DNA of 32,000 bases. It comes from an uncultured Chloroflexia bacterium. Lineage in GTDB: Bacteria; Chloroflexota; Anaerolineae; Anaerolineales; Anaerolineaceae. A model generated the notes under the pieces. It saw nothing but the letters and a program-made list of their open reading frames with translations. It did not search any database and was not told where the DNA came from. The stretch is from positions 1,590,001 to 1,622,000 of the forward strand of contig OY969938.1 of assembly GCA_963704755.1 (NCBI GenBank). Direction: 5' to 3'. The position numbers and the translations under genes were made by a program. Of this stretch, positions 16,879-24,517 are shown one piece after another (position 1 is the first letter of the stretch; each line of letters starts with the position of its first letter).

Positions 16879-17664
16879 ATGCATATTCTGGTAACAAACG
16901 ACGACGGCGTCTATGCCCCCGGGCTGCTGGCGCTGGCCCGGGCCATGCGCCCATTTGGAAAAATATCGATCCTGGCGCCTGACCGCAACTGGTCCGCCTC
17001 GGGCCATGTAAAAACCCTCGACCGCCCGCTGCGGGTGAAAGAAGTTCACCTGACCGGCGGAGAAGATATCAAAGCCTACGCCAGTGACGGCGCCCCCTCG
17101 GATTGTGTCGCCCTGGCGGTGTTGGGTGTTCTATCCGAACCGATTGACCTGGTGGTGTCCGGCATCAATCCCAACAGCAATGTGGGCTACGACCTGACCT
17201 ATTCCGGAACGGTAACCGCCGCCATGGAAGGGGCCATTTCAGGCCTGCCCTCGCTGGCATTCTCTTTAGATACCGGTGAAAACGGCGAAAAAGAGCCCCT
17301 GTTCGAGGAGGCTGCCCAGATTGCCGCCGAGGTCACCCGCGTCGTCCTGGGCCGCTACCTGCCCAAGAACGAGCTGCTCAACGTCAATATCCCTAACCTG
17401 CCGGCGGAGAAAATCCGCGGAATCATGGTCACCCGCCAGGGGTTACGCATCTACCGTGACGCGCTGATCCGCCGGGAAGACCCGCGCGGAAAACCTTATT
17501 ACTGGATTGGCGGCGATGCCCCCACCGGCGTGGCCGAGGAAGGCACCGATATCGGCGCCCTGGTCAACGGTTACGTATCCATTTCTCCCATCCAACTCGA
17601 CCTGACCGCTTACCAGACCCTGGACCAAATCAAAGATTGGCCCTGGCCGGTGTTGAAAGGGTAG
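16879..17664 (+). CDS. surE: 5'/3'-nucleotidase SurE
   Basis: 261 aa. MHILVTNDDGVYAPGL.., APDRNWSASGH, GINPNSNVGYDLTYSGTVTAAMEG. Confidence 0.95.
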   Translation: MHILVTNDDGVYAPGLLALARAMRPFGKISILAPDRNWSASGHVKTLDRPLRVKEVHLTGGEDIKAYASDGAPSDCVALAVLGVLSEPIDLVVSGINPNSNVGYDLTYSGTVTAAMEGAISGLPSLAFSLDTGENGEKEPLFEEAAQIAAEVTRVVLGRYLPKNELLNVNIPNLPAEKIRGIMVTRQGLRIYRDALIRREDPRGKPYYWIGGDAPTGVAEEGTDIGALVNGYVSISPIQLDLTAYQTLDQIKDWPWPVLKG

Positions 17665-18063
17665 CATCTGGCTCTCCATAGATTTTCATCCGGGTCCGGT
17701 AAGTTCGAATGGCCCCGACCAGATCCAGGGCTTTTCCCGGTTGAGCCGAGCAGATACGTCCTTCTTTTTCAGGATTGTTATACAATAATAAAGGAATTGC
17801 TCAAGTCCGTGCAAGCCATCCCCGAACGTGCAGTATTCGCGCGGGTTAGCGCGCACGGCAATGCAATTCATAACCATCTACCCGCGATCGTGCATATACC
17901 TTTCTGCGGATTGGTCCCGGGTTAACCCGCAGGCGGCGGGGATCGTGATTGCTTCTCTCTTTAAGATCGGGCCGTGCTACTATTGGATTCGCCTGATGAA
18001 GTAAAACTTGTAACGGCATGGCCTGAGTAGTTACCCAACCATTTTATAAGGAGAAGGAAACAG

Positions 18064-18480
18064 ATGAACACCGTGCGTGACTGGATGAATGACCTTGTAA
18101 TATACATTGACCCAAATAGCCCGGTAATCGATGCCTTGAGCATCATGCGCCGCCGCTACATCAACAGTGTCATCGTGAAAAAGACCCAGGAAAATCCGGA
18201 ATATGGCATAGTCACTTCGATCGACATCTGTGACAAAATTGTGGCCCAGGGGCATGATCCGGCTAAAATCAGCGTCAGAGAGATCATGAGCTCACCGTTG
18301 ATCACCGTGCTGCCGGAGATGACCATCGACGAATGCGCCCGGGTGATGAAAGAAAACCGCATCCACCACCTGCCCGTCGCCAACAAGAACGGGGTCGTGG
18401 TTGGGATGATCTCCTCGAATGATTTCCTGGTCATTGCCGAAACCCTGGGACGCGGACCAGGCGAACACGTCCTTTCGTAA
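18064..18480 (+). CDS. CBS-pair domain protein
   Basis: 138 aa, AAGGAG RBS. Two CBS motifs (VRDWMNDLVIYIDPNSPVIDAL.., VREIMSSPLITVLPEMTIDECARVMKENRIHHLPV). Confidence 0.8.
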   Translation: MNTVRDWMNDLVIYIDPNSPVIDALSIMRRRYINSVIVKKTQENPEYGIVTSIDICDKIVAQGHDPAKISVREIMSSPLITVLPEMTIDECARVMKENRIHHLPVANKNGVVVGMISSNDFLVIAETLGRGPGEHVLS

Positions 18481-18613
18481 ATCAATTAAGTCGTGACAAT
18501 TCTTACAGGTGTTGCAGTGGATCCAATCCCACCGCAACGCCTGTAATGCCGTTCCTTGGGCACAAGAGAAAATTAAAAGGTTTTACCGGCGCATCGGGTA
18601 TAATTCAGGCACC

Positions 18614-19606
18614 ATGCGTCGATTTCAATTCAAAATTTTGCTGGCCTGGCTTGCCCTGGCCGTGGTTTTCCTGGCCGGGTTTTCCGGCCTGTACCAACCC
18701 GTCAAAGCGGACGCCGGCTCCCCTTCGGATGTCATCGGCGCAGTCAACGGGCTGCGGACCGGCTATGGCCTACCGGCCCTGATCGTGGACCCCATATTAA
18801 TGAGCACTGCCCAGGCCACGGCCGACACCATGGCCTCTTCGGGCAGTTGCAGCCACATCGGCAACGTCAGCGGGCGGGTGGCCGCCGCCGGCTATGGCGG
18901 TGGGGCCCAGGTGTGGGCCACTGAAAATATCGCCTGCGGGCACAACCTCTCGGTGGATACCGCCGTATATCAATATTGGTCGGATGCCGACCACATGCTG
19001 CCGATGACTGATAGCAATTATGTTCATGTCGGCGCCGGGGTGACTGTGGTCGATGGCTATGTCTATTATGTGCTGCACGCTGCCTTTACCTCGGGGGGAT
19101 CGTATTCATCCGGGAGCAGTTCAGCCATTGTGGGTACATCCGCGCCTTTACCGACCTTCGCTATCATCAAGCCGGTCGAAACCGTCACACCTCTGGCGGA
19201 TGGCTCGATTATCCACGAAGTAGAGGATGGCCAGACCCTGTGGAGCATCGCCATGGCCTACGGCGTCAAGGTAGCCGACCTGATCTCGCTGAACAATCTG
19301 GGCAGCAACCCGCTCCTGATCGTCGGGGATAAACTCATCGTGAAGGCTTCGTCCACACCAACCCTCACTCCTACCATTACCGACACCCCCCTGCCCCCCA
19401 CGCGCACTCCGACCCGCACGCCGACACCAGTCACGCCCACTGCCACCCGCACCCCCACGTTAACCCCGACCGCCACACCCAAAAAGCTGATCGACATCAA
19501 ACCACCTGCCTGGTGGGGTGATGATCGTTCGATTGGCATGGGTATCCTGGCCATCAGCGGTGTGGGTATTCTGGCCATCGCTTTCGTCTCATTCCGCAAA
19601 AAATAG
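18614..19606 (+). CDS. secreted CAP/SCP (YkwD-like) domain + LysM domain protein with Pro/Thr linker and C-terminal TM anchor
   Basis: ORF 18509..19606. Preferred start is ATG 18614 (MRRFQFKILLAWLALAVVFLAG.., signal-like). CAP-like VNGLRTGYGLPAL..TENIACG..YWSDADHM..YVHVGAGV. LysM HEVEDGQTLWSIAMAYGVKVADLISLNNL. PT-rich 19360..19480. Confidence 0.8.
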   Translation: MRRFQFKILLAWLALAVVFLAGFSGLYQPVKADAGSPSDVIGAVNGLRTGYGLPALIVDPILMSTAQATADTMASSGSCSHIGNVSGRVAAAGYGGGAQVWATENIACGHNLSVDTAVYQYWSDADHMLPMTDSNYVHVGAGVTVVDGYVYYVLHAAFTSGGSYSSGSSSAIVGTSAPLPTFAIIKPVETVTPLADGSIIHEVEDGQTLWSIAMAYGVKVADLISLNNLGSNPLLIVGDKLIVKASSTPTLTPTITDTPLPPTRTPTRTPTPVTPTATRTPTLTPTATPKKLIDIKPPAWWGDDRSIGMGILAISGVGILAIAFVSFRKK

Positions 19607-19634
19607 CTAAACCGGCTATCCCTCCTTGAACCGG

Positions 19635-19776
19635 CAAGGCAATCGCATCATGCCAATTTAGTCCCAACAGAGAGATAATTTTGAGTGTTATTATGGGGTG
19701 TAGCCCCCCAATAACACTCAAAACCCCATTCTTTGGGGGATTGCCCTCGAAAAGCAGGCAGGTTGCAATCGCCCTG
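19635..19776 (-). mobile_element. MITE-like structured repeat, copy B (142 bp, inverted orientation)
   Basis: Flanked by CTTGAACCGG (19625..19634) and CTCGAACCGG (19777..19786). About 13 substitutions versus copy A by hand alignment. Confidence 0.85.
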
Positions 19777-19924
19777 CTCGAACCGGCCGGATCCGTTCCG
19801 AGAGGATGCGAATTGAGGTACACTTATTATCAGATCAGCCCAAGGGGGACATCTTGTGCAAGCCCGAATTGTTGCGCAAGATGTACATTTAGGATGGGAA
19901 TTGTTCATAGAAGGAGAATCGCTA

Positions 19925-20398
19925 ATGAAAGTCCGTGAATTCATGAAGAAACGGGTCATCTCAATACACTCTGACGAGAGTATCGAGACAGCAGCCGAGC
20001 TATTCCGGAATCACCATATCGGCACCTTGCCCGTCGTCGACGCCGAAGGGCATTTGGTTGGCATTCTCCGCCTGCGTGACTTATTGACGCTGGTCATGCC
20101 CGACTTTATCAAACTGGTCAACCACTTTGAATTCGTCCATGATTTTGGGGCTATGGAATTTCGCAGTCCCTCTCTCGAGCAGTTACAACGCCCGGTTTCT
20201 GAAATCATGAACGAACCCATCTCCGCTGAAGCTGATAGCGGACTGCTGCGCGCAGCCGCTTTGAACCGCCAGAACAATTTAATCGACTTGCCGATCGTCG
20301 ATACAAATAACATCCTGGTCGGACTGGCCTCCCACGTAGATATCGGTATCGCCTTGATGTCACATTGGGGTATCTCTCCTAACAAGCAAAAAGAATAA
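19925..20398 (+). CDS. CBS-pair domain protein, immediately upstream of the permease
   Basis: ORF 19856..20398. Preferred start is ATG 19925 (AGGAG upstream): MKVREFMKKRVISIHSDESIETAAELFRNHHIGTLPVVD.. A second CBS motif is present (VSEIMNEPISAE..IDLPIVD). Confidence 0.8.
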   Translation: MKVREFMKKRVISIHSDESIETAAELFRNHHIGTLPVVDAEGHLVGILRLRDLLTLVMPDFIKLVNHFEFVHDFGAMEFRSPSLEQLQRPVSEIMNEPISAEADSGLLRAAALNRQNNLIDLPIVDTNNILVGLASHVDIGIALMSHWGISPNKQKE

Positions 20399-20411
20399 CA
20401 AGTTAATTTAT

Positions 20412-20804
20412 ATGCTCATTCCCGGAATTATTTCCTCCATTATTTTTTTCGGCTGCCTGTACCTGATTTTTACCGAAAAAATTAACCGGTCTATTGTTGC
20501 CATGGTTGGGGCAGCATTAATGGTTATCGTCGGTCTGGCCTTTCACTTTTACACTGAGGACCAGGCTACTGCCACCATGGACGTCAATACCCTGGGATTA
20601 TTGTTGGGGATGATGATCCTGGTGTCTCTGCTAGAGCCGACCGGTTTTTTTCAGTTCCTGGCCGTTTGGGTAGCCCGCTTTTCAAAAGGCAACCCGGTGC
20701 GTTTGTTAATTCTACCTGGGAGCGGTGACGACGGTTATTTCCATGTTCCTCAACAACGTCACTACCGTAGTTTTGATTGCTCCGGTCACCATCTTGATTT
20801 GTGA
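20412..20804 (+). CDS. ArsB/NhaD-superfamily permease, N-terminal fragment (true frame leaves this ORF near 20715)
   Basis: TM-rich up to ..GNPVRLLIL. The +1 frame 20716..20832 then reads LGAVTTVISMFLNNVTTVVLIAPVTILICEILGINPQVF, a typical motif of this family. Confidence 0.8.
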   Translation: MLIPGIISSIIFFGCLYLIFTEKINRSIVAMVGAALMVIVGLAFHFYTEDQATATMDVNTLGLLLGMMILVSLLEPTGFFQFLAVWVARFSKGNPVRLLILPGSGDDGYFHVPQQRHYRSFDCSGHHLDL

Positions 20805-20834
20805 AATCCTGGGGATCAATCCCCAGGTGTTTTA

Positions 20835-21704
20835 ATGTCCGAGGCGCTGCTTTCGAACACCGGCGGCCTGGCTACCCTGGTTGGCGATCCGCCCAACGTG
20901 TTAATCGCCTCGGCAGCCAACCTCTCCTTCCTGGACTTCCTGACCCACACCCTGCCGGTTGTAGTTGTGGTCTGGTTCGTCGCCCTGGCACTTTTGCGCT
21001 ACCTCTTCCGCAACGACCTGAATAAGGTTCCCGACAATACCGAGGCAATCGAACAATTAAGCCCGGCGGAAGTGTTCGAAGACCGCAAATCGGCCATAAA
21101 AGTCCTGATCGTTATTGTCGCCACCGTCGTTTTTTTCCTGTTGGGTGAAGTGTTGAACCTGCGCCCGGCCACGGTCGCTCTGACCGGCGCCGCCGCGGCC
21201 ATGATTTGGATCAGACCTAACATTCAAGAAACCCTCAAGCGGATCGATTGGGATGTGCTGCTCTTTTTCGCTTCCTTGTTCATTATGGTCGGGGGTATGC
21301 AGCAAGCCGGGGTGATGCACGCCCTGGCCAACCTGATCGGCGCAGCGAAAAACTTGCCGACCATGGTGATCGGTTTGGGTTTGATGTGGGTGGTGGCTTT
21401 CCTCTCGGCCATAATCGACAATGTGCCGATCACGATTGCCCTCATCCCGGTAGTGGCCGACCTGGCTACCACCGGCATCAATCCGCTGCCCTTGTGGTGG
21501 GCCCTGGCTATTGGAGCCGGCCTGGGCGGTAATGGCACCATTATCGGCTCGACTGCCAACGTGATCGTCGCCTCACTTTCCGAGCGCACCCGTAACCCAA
21601 TCACCTCGGTGATCTGGAATAAGAATGGCTTTCCCATCATGCTGGCAACCTGTGCCGCTGCCAGTGTGATGTACATCATTTTGTTCCCACTCATGTCTCA
21701 CTAG
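20835..21704 (+). CDS. ArsB/NhaD-superfamily permease, C-terminal fragment
   Basis: MSEALLSNTGGLATLVGDPPNVLIASA.. and ..SAIIDNVPITIALIPVV.. are conserved repeat motifs of the family. 289 aa, TM-rich. Confidence 0.85.
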   Translation: MSEALLSNTGGLATLVGDPPNVLIASAANLSFLDFLTHTLPVVVVVWFVALALLRYLFRNDLNKVPDNTEAIEQLSPAEVFEDRKSAIKVLIVIVATVVFFLLGEVLNLRPATVALTGAAAAMIWIRPNIQETLKRIDWDVLLFFASLFIMVGGMQQAGVMHALANLIGAAKNLPTMVIGLGLMWVVAFLSAIIDNVPITIALIPVVADLATTGINPLPLWWALAIGAGLGGNGTIIGSTANVIVASLSERTRNPITSVIWNKNGFPIMLATCAAASVMYIILFPLMSH

Positions 21705-21808
21705 ATTCTTATCAAAATTCCTGGGATCGTTCGTTCCAGGATAGAAGAATAGAATTCGTTTTCGCCTTTTTGTGTATTTTCTGGTATCCGGCGCTCTTAT
21801 CGCCCCCG

Positions 21809-21817
21809 TGCTATAAT
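21809..21817 (+). promoter_or_regulatory. extended -10 promoter element (TGcTATAAT)
   Basis: TGCTATAAT lies 38 nt upstream of ATG 21855. No clear -35. Confidence 0.4.
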
Positions 21818-21854
21818 GCGCGGTACAAATAAATCACATCAAAGAGATGCACCT

Positions 21855-22784
21855 ATGCGATTTCTAATCACCGGCGCTGCCGGCTTTCTGGGAACAGCCC
21901 TTGCCAACCGCTTAATTAATGAAGGCCATACCGTCCGTGGGTTGGATGATCTTTCTACCGGCGATCCGGCCGGCCTATCGCCCGACGTCCACTTTACCCG
22001 CGGTGACGTCAACGACCGGCCCAAGCTCTGGACCCTGCTGCAGGAAGTGGACTGCGTATATCACCTGGCTGCCCGGGTACTGGTCCCCGAATCGATACTC
22101 TACCCACGCGAGTACAACCAGGTCAACGTCGGCGGCACGGTCAGCTTGATGGAAGCCATGCGCGACGTGGGTGTACGCCGGGTGGTTTTCATCTCATCCG
22201 GTGCAATCTATGGAAACCAGGAAGTGCAGCCGGTTCGGGAGGACGCCATCCCGCAGCCCGGCTCACCCTATGCCGTCTCGAAATTGGCGGCAGAATATTA
22301 CGTCAAGACCATCGGATCGCTGTGGGGCATCGAAACCGTCTGCCTGCGAGTGTTCAACGCCTACGGGCCCGGACAGCACCTGCCGCCGGTACATGGACCG
22401 GTTTTACCCAGCTTCTTGCGCCAGTCGGTTCAAAATGCTACACTCATCGTCAACGGAGACGGCACCCAGACCCGCGATTACGTCTATATCGATGACGTGG
22501 TCAACGCGATGGTCGCCGCCGCCACCGCACCCGATGTAAACCGGTTGACGATCAACATTGGCAGCGGGCAGGAAACCAGCGTGCGTGCCCTGGTCAAACA
22601 CGCCATCGAGGCCACCGGCGGGAATCCCGAGGTGGTTTACAACCCGCAAAGCGAAGGTGGCCCGGCCCGCCTGTGCGCTGACCTGACCTTGGCCGCCGAA
22701 AAATTGAATTATCACCCCTCCATTTCACTCGAAACTGGCATCCGCCTGACCCTGGATCGGGACCCACGCATGCAGCCACGCTAA
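21855..22784 (+). CDS. NAD-dependent sugar-nucleotide epimerase/dehydratase (extended SDR)
   Basis: ORF 21816..22784. Start is MRFLITGAAGFLGTAL (GxxGxxG); catalytic YAVSK; 309 aa. Substrate cannot be assigned from the sequence alone. Confidence 0.85.
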   Translation: MRFLITGAAGFLGTALANRLINEGHTVRGLDDLSTGDPAGLSPDVHFTRGDVNDRPKLWTLLQEVDCVYHLAARVLVPESILYPREYNQVNVGGTVSLMEAMRDVGVRRVVFISSGAIYGNQEVQPVREDAIPQPGSPYAVSKLAAEYYVKTIGSLWGIETVCLRVFNAYGPGQHLPPVHGPVLPSFLRQSVQNATLIVNGDGTQTRDYVYIDDVVNAMVAAATAPDVNRLTINIGSGQETSVRALVKHAIEATGGNPEVVYNPQSEGGPARLCADLTLAAEKLNYHPSISLETGIRLTLDRDPRMQPR

Positions 22785-22808
22785 AACCACCTATTCCATA
22801 AAAACAAA

Positions 22809-22934
22809 ATGGATTTCCATAAGTCACCCAAAAATCTAATCGTCGCCAGTATTCTTGTGCTGGGATTTTTGCTGGCGGGGTGTAAGCCCCAGGTGAACTC
22901 AAGCCATCCCCGAAACCGGGACCTACCTGGTTGA
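22809..22934 (+). CDS. lipoprotein signal peptide fragment belonging to the following ORF (frame-disrupted)
   Basis: ATG 22809: MDFHKSPKNLIVASILVLGFLLAGCKPQVNSS.., with lipobox LLAGC. Stops at 22932..22934, while the downstream ORF's frame is open from 22897. Confidence 0.55.
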   Translation: MDFHKSPKNLIVASILVLGFLLAGCKPQVNSSHPRNRDLPG

Positions 22935-22962
22935 TGCACTCTTCCGCGAATTTTACGGCTCG

Positions 22963-24270
22963 TTGGGGGGCAGCGACGTCCTCGGCCCGGCTATCTCGGC
23001 CCTGTTCACCTTGCAGGATGAACAATGCCAGTACACGCAGAACGCCTTGATGTGCTTCGACGCCCAGGCTCAGGGAATCGACCGCTACCACCTCTACTCC
23101 CTGGGTGATGCGATGAACATTGCCAATCCTGAAAAGGACGGTGCAGCCATAGAGGGCGGCAGCGAGGGGATTCCCATTTTCGACGAGTTCGACGCGCTGT
23201 ACAACAAGCTAAACGGCCCGCTTTACGTCGGCTTACCCCTGGCCCAGGCTCGCTTCAACCCCAACCGCAGCCGCATTGAACAGTATTTCGAGAACGTGGG
23301 CTTCTACCGCGATATTGATTCTCCACGGGGAGAAGTTCACTTGCTATCCTATGGTGTATACGCCTGTTCGAGCGATTGCCGCTTCCCCGTGCCGGAAAGC
23401 TCGGTCGTCGTCCCCAGCCCGGCTATTCTGCAGCAGCCCTTCCAGGCGCAGGTCGTACGCCTGGGCGGCCCGGATGTGTTCGGCATGCCCCTGACCGAAC
23501 CCTTTACCGCCACTGACGGCAACCTGGAACAGGTTTACGAGAACGCCGTTTTCTACGCCTCAGCCGACGACCCGGCGAACGTCCATTTACGGAATGTCCC
23601 TCTGCTTCTGGGCATGCAGCCAGCAACCTTGATATCGCAACTATATGGTGAAGAACAAGGCATGGTGTTCTACCCCCTGGAGGGAGACAAGGGGCACCAT
23701 GTGCCGGTCGCCCTGGACCGGTTTATCGCCAGCCATGGCGGTATGGAGATCTCCGGCAAACCGATCGGCGAAGTGGAGCAGGATAAGGATGGCCAATACA
23801 ACCAGTGTTTCGAGAATTATTGCCTGACCTTTAGCAACAGCAGCGATGCAGATACCACGATTCACTTGCAGCCCCTCGGACGCGCCTATATGCTGGCCTT
23901 CAAAATTCAATCCACGCCCGGGCTGGCCAGCCAGATCGACCCCACCACGGTTTCCATGGTCGTCCACGCCGCCACGCCGCGCATCCCGGCCAACAAACCC
24001 CAGCAGTTCGAGTTGATCGTCGTCCGCTCCGCCGACCAGCAGCCCGTCCCCAACGTAACCCCCAATTTGATCCTGGCGCTGCCTTCGGGCCAGGAATTGA
24101 GTTACGCCTTCCCGCCCACCGACGGTCAAGGGCGCACTACCCTGACCATTGCCCCCCTACAGCCCGAACCGGCCAACGGCAAGGTCATTTCCTTCAAGGC
24201 CTGCCTGGACAACCCCAACGGCGACCCGGTCTGCGTGTCCGAAAGCTATTTGATCTGGAATTATCAGTAG
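22963..24270 (+). CDS. secreted protein with four LGFP-like repeats and a C-terminal beta-rich domain
   Basis: 435 aa. The recurring module G(G)xxxxGxP(L/I)..(D/N)..xQx(F/Y)EN(A/V/Y).. occurs four times (LGPAIS..QYTQNALMCF, VGLPLA..QYFENVGFY, FGMPLT..QVYENAVFY, SGKPIG..QCFENYCLTF). Confidence 0.65.
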   Translation: MGGSDVLGPAISALFTLQDEQCQYTQNALMCFDAQAQGIDRYHLYSLGDAMNIANPEKDGAAIEGGSEGIPIFDEFDALYNKLNGPLYVGLPLAQARFNPNRSRIEQYFENVGFYRDIDSPRGEVHLLSYGVYACSSDCRFPVPESSVVVPSPAILQQPFQAQVVRLGGPDVFGMPLTEPFTATDGNLEQVYENAVFYASADDPANVHLRNVPLLLGMQPATLISQLYGEEQGMVFYPLEGDKGHHVPVALDRFIASHGGMEISGKPIGEVEQDKDGQYNQCFENYCLTFSNSSDADTTIHLQPLGRAYMLAFKIQSTPGLASQIDPTTVSMVVHAATPRIPANKPQQFELIVVRSADQQPVPNVTPNLILALPSGQELSYAFPPTDGQGRTTLTIAPLQPEPANGKVISFKACLDNPNGDPVCVSESYLIWNYQ

Positions 24271-24322
24271 GGAGAGAGAAGAGAGAATAGAGAGTAGAGA
24301 ATGGTGATAAGGGATTAGTAAC

Positions 24323-24367
24323 AAGTAATAAGTAAGAAGTAATAAGTAAGAAGTAATAAGTAAGAAG
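24323..24367. repeat. 15-bp tandem repeat x3 (aagtaataagtaaga) inside a C-depleted tract
   Basis: Read directly. The surrounding 24271..24390 contains a single C (24322). Confidence 0.85.
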
Positions 24368-24421
24368 GAAGAAAAAGAAGAAGAAAGAAGCGGGAAATAA
24401 ATATTTAGCTGTTCCAAAGAA

Positions 24422-24480
24422 AAAGGGTGTTTATAATGTTTTTGTGTGCGATGCACACAAAAACATTATAAACACCCTTT
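24422..24480 (-). terminator. perfect 28-bp-stem palindrome (3-nt loop); terminator for the minus-strand LysM lipoprotein gene
   Basis: aaagggtgtttataatgtttttgtgtgc-gat-gcacacaaaaacattataaacacccttt. On the minus strand it is followed by TTCTTTGG. Confidence 0.7.
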
Positions 24481-24517
24481 AAAAGTTCGTTTGGCTATGC
24501 GAGCGGCGCCTCTTACC

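Noticed and set aside
16669-17049. 126-aa minus-strand ORF overlapping the surE start and repeat copy 16595..16675; also the 63-aa ORF 17686..17877.
   Set aside because: No RBS and no motifs. The first overlaps a confident gene and a repeat, and the second lies in an intergenic region with no supporting signal.
17900-18063. Looked for a c-di-AMP (ydaO-type) or other riboswitch upstream of the CBS and LysM genes, prompted by GGGGA, ACCCA and GGATTCG fragments and the 12-nt palindrome CGGGTTAACCCG.
   Set aside because: The fragments are not in the order or spacing of the ydaO consensus (no contiguous GGGGACCCA, no ..CCGAAUCC..AGCUAACCUCGUAAGC). No supported structure was found.
24157-24456. 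99-aa minus-strand ORF (..LLSSSFSSFLLITSYLLLLTYYLLLIPY..).
   Set aside because: It is a low-complexity translation of the G-depleted complement of the purine-rich tract. It overlaps the end of the plus-strand gene and the tandem repeat.
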